Below, one piece after another: positions 54,686-64,000 of a stretch of DNA of 64,000 nt. The stretch is taken from contig CALKOM010000023.1 in assembly GCA_938091905.1 (NCBI GenBank), positions 32,001-96,000 of the forward strand, in the 5' to 3' direction. Both the position numbers and the translations under genes were made by a program. Positions within the stretch are counted from its first letter, which is position 1. Every line of letters starts with the position of its first letter. The notes under the pieces were generated by a model. The model saw only the letters and a program-made list of their open reading frames with translations, made no database searches and was not told the origin of the DNA. The stretch is from an uncultured Verrucomicrobiales bacterium. Its GTDB lineage: Bacteria > Verrucomicrobiota > Verrucomicrobiia > Verrucomicrobiales > DEV007.

Positions 54686-56788
54686 TTACTTGGTGATCTG
54701 CTTGATAGCACTACCTGCATTGAGGTTCGCCATGCCATAACGCTTGGCCGCTTCCAAGAGACCTTCCATCTTGCTACGCGAGCCAGAGTCATCCGCAGCG
54801 GTGATCATCTGACCGAGAGCCGCGCTCACCGTCAGATTCTTCAAGTCCTCGGTGGAGAATCCGTAGTCGTCTAACCAACGCCTTAGCTGGCCTTGGAAAT
54901 ACTCCGGATCGCCGTTGAAGAAAGTTTCCTTCACATCGGTGAGGGCCTGACTATTGCTCAGGGCACGATCGACCGCCTTACCCGTCGTGACGGCTCCGGC
55001 AATCTTGTCGAAGAACACCGTGTCTCCGCCAATGATATCCACATTCGCATTCTCCAACGCCGTGCCGACAACTTCTGAGTGGCGGGAGGCGATGTCCTTC
55101 TGCGCATCTAGGTCAGCCAATTCGATGACTTTGGCTTTCTCCAAGCCCAAGCGGAACTCCTCGTGTTCGCGACCTTCGCCATCAAACTTCTTCATCGCAT
55201 CTGCTTTCTCCGTGATTCCCTTGGCCTCGGCCAGGGCTTTCAACTCGATGACTTTGGCTTCTGCAGTGCCTTGCTTCTGCAAAGCGGTAGCTTTCGCCTC
55301 GATAACCTGCGCTTCACCCAACCCGGTAGCTGCCGATTCGGCAGCAGTGGCTTCTGCTAGTGTCTTCTTGGCAACGGCCGTCTTATCAGCAGCTGCTTGA
55401 TCCGCCTCGGCTGCGATGATGATCTCATCGGCGTGTAATTCCGCCGCCTGCTTCTGGGCTTCGGCTGCTTTCACTGTGCTGTAAAGTTCCTCGTCAGCCT
55501 TGAGCTGGGCGGACTCTTTCGCGGCTTCCGCATCTTTGATCTGTTTGACCAATGCTTCCTCGGCTTCCATCTCGGCGAGCGTAATCTTGACCTGTTTCTC
55601 GCGATCCGCGCCTGCAAAGGCCTCAGTGTCTTTTATCTTCTCTTGCTCTTCCACCACGGTCTTCTCAACAGCGACGCGTTCCTTAATCACATCTTGAATA
55701 TTCTTCTTCTCAATCTCGACAGCCTTATCGCGCTCGATGCCCTTCAGCGCCGTCATGCGATCACGTTCGATCTCTTCTAACATACGGTCGCGTTCCACAC
55801 GTTCGGCTTCGACTACATCCGTTCGCTCCTTGTTCCGTTCGGCCACGATCACTTGGCGATCTTTGTTCTGAGTAGCAATCTCCAGCTCTTCTTCTGTGGC
55901 GATGCGGGCCCGCTCCGACTTCAAACGCTCTTCCTCCCCCACCTTCAGCGCTTCCGCCTCTTCGCGTGCTTGCACCGAAGCGATTTCACGCTCTTGCTTC
56001 GCCCTGGATTCGGCCAGCTGACGATTTAGCTCAAGAATCGCCTCTTCGGCTTCGACGTCTTGCTGCCGAATAACACGTTCCTTGTCACGATCAATCTGAT
56101 TCGCCAACTTGGCCTGTTCAGCCGTGAGATCGGTGATCTTCTTAATGCCCTCAGAATCCAGAATATTGTCAGGATTCAACATATCAAGCGACGTCTGCTC
56201 CAGGTGATCGATGGCACAGTCATCCAAGACAAAGCCATTGAGGTCGGTGCCGATAATCTTGAGGATCTCTTCACGGAAGGTATCGCGCTCTTGATAGAGT
56301 TCAGCGAAGTCAAAGCGTTTGCCCACGGTCTTCAGGGCCTCTGAGAATTTGGCATCGAAGAGATCCTGGATCTCCCGCTGACTCGAGGCGCGCTCACAGC
56401 CAATGGCTGAGGCGACACGCTTCACGTCCTGCTCTTCGTTGTTTACCCTCACAAAGTAGACCACTTTGATATCAGCCCGGATGTTGTCCTTACAAATGAG
56501 GCCATCCTTCCCCTGGCGATTGATTTCGATGCGCTTCACGGAGATGTCCATGATCTCAGATTTGTGAATCACGGGCACGACTGGCGTTCCGGTAAAGCAC
56601 ACTTTCGTACCACCCATGCCATTGCGAACGAGCGCCTCCCCTTGGTTCACCTTGCGGTAGCACTTGATGATGAGCACCACGAGGCCCACGACGAAGAGGA
56701 TGCCTGCGGCCATGACGACCTTGCCAAGAGCTGGCAACGGACCTTCGGCGGCGAGTAGGATTGTATCTATTTCTGGTAACATAATCAA
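54686..56788 (-). CDS. Flotillin/SPFH family membrane protein (YqiK-like)
   Basis: TM helix, YRKVNQGEALVRNG, GLICKDNIRADI SPFH domain, long AE-rich coiled coil. Confidence 0.88.
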   Translation of the reverse strand: MIMLPEIDTILLAAEGPLPALGKVVMAAGILFVVGLVVLIIKCYRKVNQGEALVRNGMGGTKVCFTGTPVVPVIHKSEIMDISVKRIEINRQGKDGLICKDNIRADIKVVYFVRVNNEEQDVKRVASAIGCERASSQREIQDLFDAKFSEALKTVGKRFDFAELYQERDTFREEILKIIGTDLNGFVLDDCAIDHLEQTSLDMLNPDNILDSEGIKKITDLTAEQAKLANQIDRDKERVIRQQDVEAEEAILELNRQLAESRAKQEREIASVQAREEAEALKVGEEERLKSERARIATEEELEIATQNKDRQVIVAERNKERTDVVEAERVERDRMLEEIERDRMTALKGIERDKAVEIEKKNIQDVIKERVAVEKTVVEEQEKIKDTEAFAGADREKQVKITLAEMEAEEALVKQIKDAEAAKESAQLKADEELYSTVKAAEAQKQAAELHADEIIIAAEADQAAADKTAVAKKTLAEATAAESAATGLGEAQVIEAKATALQKQGTAEAKVIELKALAEAKGITEKADAMKKFDGEGREHEEFRLGLEKAKVIELADLDAQKDIASRHSEVVGTALENANVDIIGGDTVFFDKIAGAVTTGKAVDRALSNSQALTDVKETFFNGDPEYFQGQLRRWLDDYGFSTEDLKNLTVSAALGQMITAADDSGSRSKMEGLLEAAKRYGMANLNAGSAIKQITK

Positions 56789-56800
56789 CTTCAGTAAGAG

Positions 56801-57439
56801 TTAGGATTCGAGTTTGCGGACAACGTAGGTTTGGGCGTCGTCGAGCGTGTCGACGACCAAGGCACGATCACCCTTGGCCAGTGATTTCTGGCCTTGGGAC
56901 ACACGCACGTGAAGGAGCAAGGGGTTACCAGAGTCATCTTCGGCCTCGGCCTGGCCGAATGTCTCCGTGACTTCACTGGTCTTAATCACACAGGCTCTAC
57001 CAATGACAGGCCGGTGCTTCTCGCCCTCCTTCAGCTTCCGCATGAGCGGCTTGAGAGGCACGGTAAGGAACTTCGTCAAGAGGAGACTGACAACCCCATT
57101 CGCAAATAACCACCCACCAGCAATCAAGAAAGACTGCCCCGGATTGAAGTAGTAATTAAGGGCAACAGCGCCCGCCCAAACGAGCGTGATAAGGACGGAG
57201 AGCAGAATCATCAACGGCACTTCTCCAAGATTGAAGAAGCGCAACAAGCCAAGGCCGATCGAACCGCCATGAACCTGTGTATCGACATCGACGTCAGCAT
57301 CGAGATCAAGGTTAGGCTCTAAAGCATCAGAATCGACAATCCCAAAGACAGTGATCGTCCAGAAGAGCACCACGAGCACAAAACACACCGTGATCGGAAA
57401 ATTGTAGAAACGTAAGGATTCTTGTAGTAGTTCACTCAT
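56801..57439 (-). CDS. YqiJ/NfeD-like membrane protein with C-terminal OB fold
   Basis: TM, acidic DLDADVDVD linker, LGEVPLMI, then V...FGQAE OB-fold region; adjacent to flotillin. Confidence 0.8.
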   Translation of the reverse strand: MSELLQESLRFYNFPITVCFVLVVLFWTITVFGIVDSDALEPNLDLDADVDVDTQVHGGSIGLGLLRFFNLGEVPLMILLSVLITLVWAGAVALNYYFNPGQSFLIAGGWLFANGVVSLLLTKFLTVPLKPLMRKLKEGEKHRPVIGRACVIKTSEVTETFGQAEAEDDSGNPLLLHVRVSQGQKSLAKGDRALVVDTLDDAQTYVVRKLES

Positions 57440-57513
57440 TCAGCCAAGACACATCTTTTAGACGATGCGCTATCTTAGGCCGTGAGGTCAATCCCGCGAT
57501 TACAATGCCCGCG

Positions 57514-58605
57514 CTAGATTCCACCGCTCAGAGATTCCAAATTCTCCTCGAAGAGTGTCAGTTGCTCAAGCTCGGAAGCCTCTTCCTGGCTTCGAAACCG
57601 GACTCCAGCGCCTAAAAGCCGCACATGACGGGTGTTTGATCGTTGCCAGCCGTCTTGCAAGAGAGATTCGTAAAGCTTCCACTCAGGCGCACTCGTCTGG
57701 CGCTCGACGGTGGTATGACGAAAGTCGTTGAACTTCAGCTTCACGAAAGCGCTCTTGATGCTCCGATCTTTATGCTTCGCAAGATCATCGCACAATTCTT
57801 CCCACAACGCCTGTAGCTTGGGGACACTTTCTTCAAAGCAGGTGATATCTTCTGAATAGGTTCGCTCGTTGCTAACGGACTTCCGCTCACGAGAGGGTTG
57901 AACCGGACGGTCATCTCGGCCTCGGCTCAAGTGATAAAGTGCGGTCCCGAATCGCCCGAAGCGCCGATGTAACTCGGTAAGAGCATGATTCTGCACATCC
58001 CCACAAGTCTCGATGCCAGCCTTCAAGAGACGCTCAGCCGTCTTCGCTCCTACCCCCCAGAGCTTGCGCACTGGCAGGTCTGCCATGAAGCCTTCTACAC
58101 TATCAGACTTGACCTCGAATTGGCCATCCGGCTTGTTCCAATCACTAGCGATCTTCGCTAAGAGTTTGTTAGGAGCTATTCCAGCAGAAGCCGTAAGTCC
58201 TGTCGTCTCGCGAATTTCCGCACGGATCTCCTCGGCCACCGACTCTCCCGAAGAACGCCAGTGGGAGACATCCAAGTAGGCTTCATCCAATGATAGGGGC
58301 TCGATCAGCCCCGTATACTTAGCAAAGATGGCGCGAATCTGCTGGGACTCCGCACGATAGACGCCAAACCGAACTGGCATGATGATGAGACTGGGACACT
58401 GCCGTAGCGCTTTGAACGCGGGCATCGCGGACCGACAGCCAAACTTGCGGGCCTCGTAATTCGCGGTGGTAAGCACGCCTCTACCGGAAGAGCCGCCTAC
58501 AGCGACGGGCTTGCCGCGCAGTTCAGGGTGATCACGCACCTCGATCGCCGCATAGAAACAATCCATGTCGATATGGATGATCTTTCTCGGCGATTCTTCA
58601 GTCAT
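57514..58605 (-). CDS. dinB: DNA polymerase IV
   Basis: IIHIDMDCFYAAIE, ANYEARKFG, SLDEAYLD and KIASDWNKPDG motifs. Confidence 0.96.
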   Translation of the reverse strand: MTEESPRKIIHIDMDCFYAAIEVRDHPELRGKPVAVGGSSGRGVLTTANYEARKFGCRSAMPAFKALRQCPSLIIMPVRFGVYRAESQQIRAIFAKYTGLIEPLSLDEAYLDVSHWRSSGESVAEEIRAEIRETTGLTASAGIAPNKLLAKIASDWNKPDGQFEVKSDSVEGFMADLPVRKLWGVGAKTAERLLKAGIETCGDVQNHALTELHRRFGRFGTALYHLSRGRDDRPVQPSRERKSVSNERTYSEDITCFEESVPKLQALWEELCDDLAKHKDRSIKSAFVKLKFNDFRHTTVERQTSAPEWKLYESLLQDGWQRSNTRHVRLLGAGVRFRSQEEASELEQLTLFEENLESLSGGI

Positions 58606-59044
58606 CGTTCAAGAAAACCAAGCAATCCGCTAAGATTCGCTCCTGCATCGCCGCCATGCACTCAAAATCTTCAGGTGATTTGTCGAGATACCCCGCGAGA
58701 TGCAGCAAGCCATGCACCATGTAAAGAGCCACTTCATGCTGCCAAGAACGCCCGTACTCCTGTGCCTGGCGTTCTGCGGTATCGATGCTAATAAGAATCT
58801 CCCCATGATGAAAAGTGATCACATCCGTAGGGTCTGGAAGACTCATAAAGTCATCATGCACTCGAGCAATGGTGGGATCATTGACAAAGGTGATCTCAAT
58901 CTCTTCAAGTGCCCGCAGCACCCCCCTGTTACGCTGCACAGCTACGACGCGAGCTAGAGCGCTCTGCCCGAGCTGCTCCAACCAAGCCAAGTCTAACGGA
59001 TGCTCCCGCTCCGATTGATCACTGAGCAGAACCTTAGGCTGCAT
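58598..59044 (-). CDS. ybeY: rRNA maturation endoribonuclease YbeY
   Basis: PTDVITF, GEILIS and HGLLHLAGYLD (third His of the usual HGxLHLxGYDH motif is absent). Start set at MQPKV. Confidence 0.85.
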   Translation of the reverse strand: MQPKVLLSDQSEREHPLDLAWLEQLGQSALARVVAVQRNRGVLRALEEIEITFVNDPTIARVHDDFMSLPDPTDVITFHHGEILISIDTAERQAQEYGRSWQHEVALYMVHGLLHLAGYLDKSPEDFECMAAMQERILADCLVFLNDD

Positions 59045-60680
59045 CGATGACCCGAAGCCGCTTGCTAGAATTGCCATTCGTGGGCGAAGTTTCATCGGCA
59101 TCCGACTTCTTGGCCGCCTTTGGATAGGCGATACGGGTGTGTAACATGCTGATGAGCGTCTTCGTAAAGCTCTCTTTTATCTGCGCCAGTTCGCGCATCG
59201 TCAGGTCGCAATCATCCAGCTGCCCATCCTTCATTCGCATGGACACCATGGTCTCGACAAGTTGCTCGATCTTGGAATGCGTCGGTTTGTCCAACGACCG
59301 CGACGCGCTCTCCACCGAGTCCGCCAAACTGATAATGGCGCTCTCTTTGGTCTGTGGAATAGGCCCAGGATAACGGAAATCCTCTTCATTCACTTCAGGA
59401 ATATCTTCTTCCCGCGCTTTCCCCTCTTCTACCAGCTTTCGGACAGCTTCCTGTTTATCAAGTGCACGACGGTAAAAGTAATACACGAGCGAAGTCCCAT
59501 GATGCTCCTGAATAACATCAATGATAGGCATCTTTAACTTGTGTTTGAGTGCGAGATCCACGCCCTCTTTCACGTGTGAGTGAATGACGAGCACACTCAT
59601 ACTCGGAGAGAGATCATCGTGCGGGTTGTCCTCCGGATTGATGTTCTCAATGAAGTAGCCCGGTTTTATCAGCTTGCCGATGTCATGGAAATAACTGCAA
59701 ACCTGACACTGAATGGCACTGGCTCCGACCCGTTCAGCAGCACTCTCTGCCAGTCGAGCCACCACGAGGCTATGATGATAAGTACCTGGTGCCTCGATCG
59801 TCATCCTTTTAAGCAACTTGTGGTTGAGATCAGCGAGCTCAAGCCAAGTGATATTCGTTGTGATACCGAAGAGTGTCTCCAACATGGGCAAGAAGCCACC
59901 GACAATCCCCGCCGTAATGATACCCACGAGCAGCACCGTGAGAATCTGCACCCCGACCGTGCGTGGACTCATCGCTGAAATATCTGCCGCGAAAGGAATA
60001 TGTCCTAGCATCAGCGCTAAAACCAGCGAAACAAGTCCCACGTAGCAACCTGCGCGCATGAGGCAACCACGTTTGCGTAGATCATGGGTCGCATACACCG
60101 CAACCACGCCTGCCAACAAACTCCCGATGAGAAAATCAAAGAGAAGGGACTGCTCAATGATGAGACAGCCAAAGATGGCCGAGAAGATCGTGGCAAAGAT
60201 CGCCTGACGACGTCCTAACAAAACCGACAACGCCATTGGAGCGAGCGCATACGGGATCAATAAGAAAAGGAAATGACGGCTCGTATCCGGGGTTTGGCTA
60301 AGCGCCGGCAAGAGATCCACCACAATGCCACATAGCCTAACCAAACTTACCTGGAGCAACACGGCACCGTACATAAGCAAGCTACGACCATTATGCGCAA
60401 AACTAATTGGGTGATTTGCGTAAAACTGAACAAACGACGCGATGAAAATCAGTCCACCGACCACGGAAGCCTTGAGCGCGTCCTGCCCGTAAACATGACC
60501 CACATCCGTGGAATAGATCAGGCCGACCAGCCCCGCATAGAATCCTAGGAAAATGAGAGCCTTGAGAAACGGGTTCTGCTCTAGCAATTGCCGAAACTCG
60601 CTCTCTCCCTGCTTGCGTCTCCGACGACTGGTCGCCAAGCCGCGCCGCTGCAATTGAAGGCGTTTTAAAGAACGTAACAT
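59034..60680 (-). CDS. 7TM-HDIG membrane phosphohydrolase (PgpH-like)
   Basis: Multiple TM helices, EAPGTYHHS, FHDIGK, EHHGTS, FRYPGP.PQTKE and LADSVESA motifs. Confidence 0.9.
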   Translation of the reverse strand: MLRSLKRLQLQRRGLATSRRRRKQGESEFRQLLEQNPFLKALIFLGFYAGLVGLIYSTDVGHVYGQDALKASVVGGLIFIASFVQFYANHPISFAHNGRSLLMYGAVLLQVSLVRLCGIVVDLLPALSQTPDTSRHFLFLLIPYALAPMALSVLLGRRQAIFATIFSAIFGCLIIEQSLLFDFLIGSLLAGVVAVYATHDLRKRGCLMRAGCYVGLVSLVLALMLGHIPFAADISAMSPRTVGVQILTVLLVGIITAGIVGGFLPMLETLFGITTNITWLELADLNHKLLKRMTIEAPGTYHHSLVVARLAESAAERVGASAIQCQVCSYFHDIGKLIKPGYFIENINPEDNPHDDLSPSMSVLVIHSHVKEGVDLALKHKLKMPIIDVIQEHHGTSLVYYFYRRALDKQEAVRKLVEEGKAREEDIPEVNEEDFRYPGPIPQTKESAIISLADSVESASRSLDKPTHSKIEQLVETMVSMRMKDGQLDDCDLTMRELAQIKESFTKTLISMLHTRIAYPKAAKKSDADETSPTNGNSSKRLRVIDAA

Positions 60681-61203
60681 CGATGAAGAGGGAGGGACGC
60701 AAGGGCCAAACCAATCTACCGTTCAACCAGCACTCACACGTGCTAGATCAGATCGAAAGGAAAGGTTTCGGTTCATTGCGGCCCTGATCCTAAGCCTTGC
60801 AAAGTGTCTGCCAAGCGATTTCCACTCGTTCATTTAGGTCTACAAGCTATTGACAAAACCTAAATACTCGCTTTGCCCTAGAGCCATCTATAATCGGGCA
60901 CCTCTACCAGATTCAATATCGACTAATTACCTAGTGAAAGAGCCTCTCGAAGCCTGAATTTTCCAGAGATCGGTCGGCATTTCGTCGGGAATCCGGTCCT
61001 AAAGATGGAAGCCAAGGATCTGCTCTCTGCTACATTTAAAAGTGTCCGACAGACACGGATTCTCGTGTACGATGATGATTCCACTAGGTTCTCATCTTCG
61101 ATTGAACGTCCGTTAGAGCGCATTCCTATTGCCACCCTCTCAATTACCAAGAAGAGTGCTAGCAGTGAACGAGGAAGACGATAAGAATAAATTGAGGGAG
61201 AGC

Positions 61204-61929
61204 ATGCCTTCCGTTCCATTCAAGGCGAAAGACCGTATTCAGGACATGCGCGAATCAGATCGACCTCGCGAGAAGCTCGCCCGGAGCGGTGCTCGTCATC
61301 TTACAGATGCCGAACTTCTTGCCCTCTTCTTTCGTATTGGGATCCGAGGAAAGAACGCCATCACGATGAGTCGAGAACTCATTGAGAAATATGGTAGTCT
61401 CCAAGCACTATCCCGCCTCACCGTCGACCAATTATCGAAGACAAACAAAGGCATTGGCCCAGCAAAGGCAGCCGAACTGGTAGCCGTCTTTGAGATGGGA
61501 CGGCGCTTGGCAGCGGAGCAATTGGAGGACGTGCCCCTCAATCAACCAGACCGGGTTTATGCACTCCTTGCCTCCGAGATGCAGCAGTTGCAGGCGGAAT
61601 CACTCCGTGTGCTCTTGCTGAACACCCGATTGCGTTTGGTGAAAGCAGAAGAGATTTCCAGAGGGAGCATCAGCGAGACCGTCGCGCACCCTCGAGACAT
61701 TCTCCATCCCGTGCTGCTACATCGATGTCACGGGTTTGTCCTGGTCCACAATCACCCCTCAGGAGATCCCGAGCCCAGCTCTGCCGATCGGACGTTAACT
61801 CGGCGCGTGAGGGAGGCGGCTGATCTTATGCGCGTGGAAATGTTAGACCACATCATCATCGGTCATCCCTCAGTACACGGCGATGCTGGTCCGGGCTACT
61901 TCAGTTTTAAAGAGCACGGCATGCTTTGA
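61204..61929 (+). CDS. radC: RadC/JAB-domain protein
   Basis: RPREKL, LTDAELLA, GIGPAKA, VHNHPSGDPEPSSAD and LDHIIIG motifs. Confidence 0.93.
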   Translation: MPSVPFKAKDRIQDMRESDRPREKLARSGARHLTDAELLALFFRIGIRGKNAITMSRELIEKYGSLQALSRLTVDQLSKTNKGIGPAKAAELVAVFEMGRRLAAEQLEDVPLNQPDRVYALLASEMQQLQAESLRVLLLNTRLRLVKAEEISRGSISETVAHPRDILHPVLLHRCHGFVLVHNHPSGDPEPSSADRTLTRRVREAADLMRVEMLDHIIIGHPSVHGDAGPGYFSFKEHGML

Positions 61930-63400
61930 GCTTCTTCCGGCTCATCCAATATTGCAGGGCCAAGGATCCTACAATAAGAATCACGAAAGCGAGTGCCAGT
62001 GGCCGAGCGAAGAAAGGCATTGAGCTTCCTCCAGAATCGATGAGTGCGCGACGTAGATTCCCTCCCACCATGGGGCCAAGGATGAGGCCAATGACTAGCG
62101 GAGCTGCTGGATAGCCTTGTTCTTCCAGAAAGTAGGCGACCACACCAAAGCCGAGCATGAAGCCGACATCCCAGAGACTGTTAGAAAAAGCATAGGCTCC
62201 AATCACGGAGAAAAGCGCCACCATGGGCATGAGAAAAGCTGTCGGAATTCATAAGATATGAGTGGAGACTCGACTTAAAAGAAATCCTAACACCAGCATG
62301 ACAATCGACGCCCGTAACAGAATGGCAGCCATCTGCGGAATAAAGTGAGGCATCTTCTCGACAAGATTCGGTCCAGGAATGGCGTGATTGAGCGACAAGG
62401 CGCCCAACAACATCGTCGCAGGAGGTGATCCAGGAATCCCCAATGTCAGCAACGGAATCAGGGCACCGCCGATGCCGGCGTTGTTGGCCGACTCCGCAGC
62501 GACAAGGCCTTCCATCGAACCCTGACCAAACTTCTCAGGCTCCTTGCTCACCTTCTTTGCCGTGTCCTACGACAGCCACGCCGCGATGTCTTCGCCGACA
62601 CTAGGAATCGAGCCTACCCCCACCCCCAACATGCCAGAACGGATTGCATTGAGAATATTCCCTTTTAGAATTCTCCACTGGGGCAACAACCGAGTGATCT
62701 TGGGGGGGCTTGCCCGCTGATGTCGGACGCATCATCGCTAGAATGATCTAAGGAACCGCAAAGGCATCGAGAAATACTGGGATTGCATTGAAACCATTCG
62801 TCAACTCTGTCGTGCCGAAGGTAAACCGGTGATAGCCATGAATGGCACCGATGCCAATCGTCGCTAAAAGAATGCCCAACAAACCCGCGATCCATCCTTT
62901 GATCGGTGTATCTGCCGCCGTGAGAGAGCCACAGATGAGCCTTCCGAACAGCGCGAGCAGGAAATTCTCCGTCGACTGAAACTTCAAGGCCAACGCACTC
63001 AAGACAGGCACCAGCATTGCAAGCTCCCCAAACACCGTGCCGGCAAAGGACATGATCGTAGCGGTAGCGATGGCTTTTCCACCGCGCCCTTGTTTGCAGA
63101 GCGGGTGCCCTTCCAACGCCGTCGCCGCTCCGGCTGCGGTGCCAGGAACGTTAAGAAGCACGGCCGGGTGACACCCGCCGTAGATTGCTCCGACATACAC
63201 GCCCATCAACGCAACCATCGTCGTTTCCAACGGGAGCTCCAGGGTTGAAGTCGCCGTGGTCAGCAGCGCGATACCTAACGTTGCCGTCAATCCAGGCAAG
63301 GCCCCAAACACAATCCCCATGACAACGGCACCGACGAGCACCAACGCATGGGTAAGGCTTTAGATCTGGCCCAACTGTTGGCCAAAACGTTTCAATTATA
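61930..63400 (-). pseudogene. tctA: Tripartite tricarboxylate transporter permease, fragmented
   Basis: GALPGL, LLNVPGT and AAESANNA...IPLLTLGIPGS motifs spread over at least four frame pieces; in-frame TAG in AAWLS*DTAKK near 62567. Confidence 0.88.
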
Positions 63401-63402
63401 TG

Positions 63403-63640
63403 CTAGGGCAAAGGCACACGTAAGGGTCCACTGAAAAGCGCGGCAACACCCCAAGCAAGCAACACCGCTCCGACCAAGATGGCCACAATCACCCCACGAC
63501 TCGGAAACCGCTCACCAGGCCGATAGAAACCAAGTGCAAAGACACTGAGGAACAGCGCGCTAAATCCAACAAATGGCAGCACTTGCCATTTCAATCTGTG
63601 TCTTGCCCAGGGAGGTCAAGACAGCGCTTAGTATCGCAGA
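63403..63640 (-). pseudogene. TctB-like small membrane subunit remnant
   Basis: Hydrophobic fragment ending LFSGPLRVPLP (TctB-type C-terminus) just upstream of tctA; 5' part eroded. Confidence 0.6.
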
Positions 63641-63709
63641 TGAACCGGCGTATCAGCCACAGCAAAACTATCCTATTCACTTTGAAGGAATCCAATGCCC
63701 CCCCGCCCG

Positions 63710-64000
63710 CTAGCGTGGAACATGGCCCTTCTCGATATCCACGCAATCCCAATATGATTCTCCATAGTCAAAGAAGATCTCGTCACCTGGAAGGATCTCT
63801 TTCATGGCAGAAATCCTTGCCTTCTTCCAGCGAGACGACGTGATGAGCTCCGCGTTTGGCTTCGTTTCGTCGTGATTGACGAAGCGGGTGTAGTTTGCCC
63901 AAGCCCCTTCACCCCAGATCCAGCAATCCTTACAGACCCAAACAAGATACAGCGAGTTGACGTAGGGCTCTGAATTCGCCTCAGCGTCCGTGAGGAGCTT
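63710..64000 (-). CDS. SET-domain protein (5' end outside the window)
   Basis: Not in the ORF track. Manual translation: ...WANYTRFVNHDETKPNAEL...AMKEILPGDEIFFDYGESYW, showing the RFxNH and ExxFDY SET signatures. Confidence 0.85.
   Translation of the reverse strand, partial: KLLTDAEANSEPYVNSLYLVWVCKDCWIWGEGAWANYTRFVNHDETKPNAELITSSRWKKARISAMKEILPGDEIFFDYGESYWDCVDIEKGHVPR

Noticed and set aside
60700..61200. Spacer with short ORFs upstream of radC as a possible mobile-element scar
   Set aside because: No identifiable protein motif, terminal repeat or att site. This radC is the full-length chromosomal type.

Overview
Bacterial chromosome segment whose gene content resembles Verrucomicrobiota (inferred, not proven). 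Intact core operons are pyrR-pyrB-pyrC-pyrF, atpBEFHAGDC, an HD-phosphohydrolase-ybeY-dinB run, and radC. Between them (about 15-57 kb) is a cell-surface island. It holds three secreted CotH-kinase/lamin-tail proteins, a LamG/Ig protein with a temptin-like CxxCH N-domain, and a putative nucleotidyltransferase toxin-antitoxin pair. It also holds an adhesin + triple tail-collar + methyltransferase + GNAT + 2x DUF6916-like operon with no other phage genes, and a YqiJ-flotillin-giant AAA ATPase module. The strongest hidden signal is that ORFs 30212-31963 and 31985-33805 are one reading frame split by a single TGA (31961). An fdhF-like SECIS hairpin starts 11 nt after it, making this a candidate ~1197-aa FG-GAP/ASPIC-thioredoxin-TPR selenoprotein. 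Five unrelated secreted proteins share a C-terminal ExSxxL..W...[YF]xR domain, a candidate sorting signal. At least six accessory loci are pseudogenes. All family assignments come from motif recognition, not database searches.
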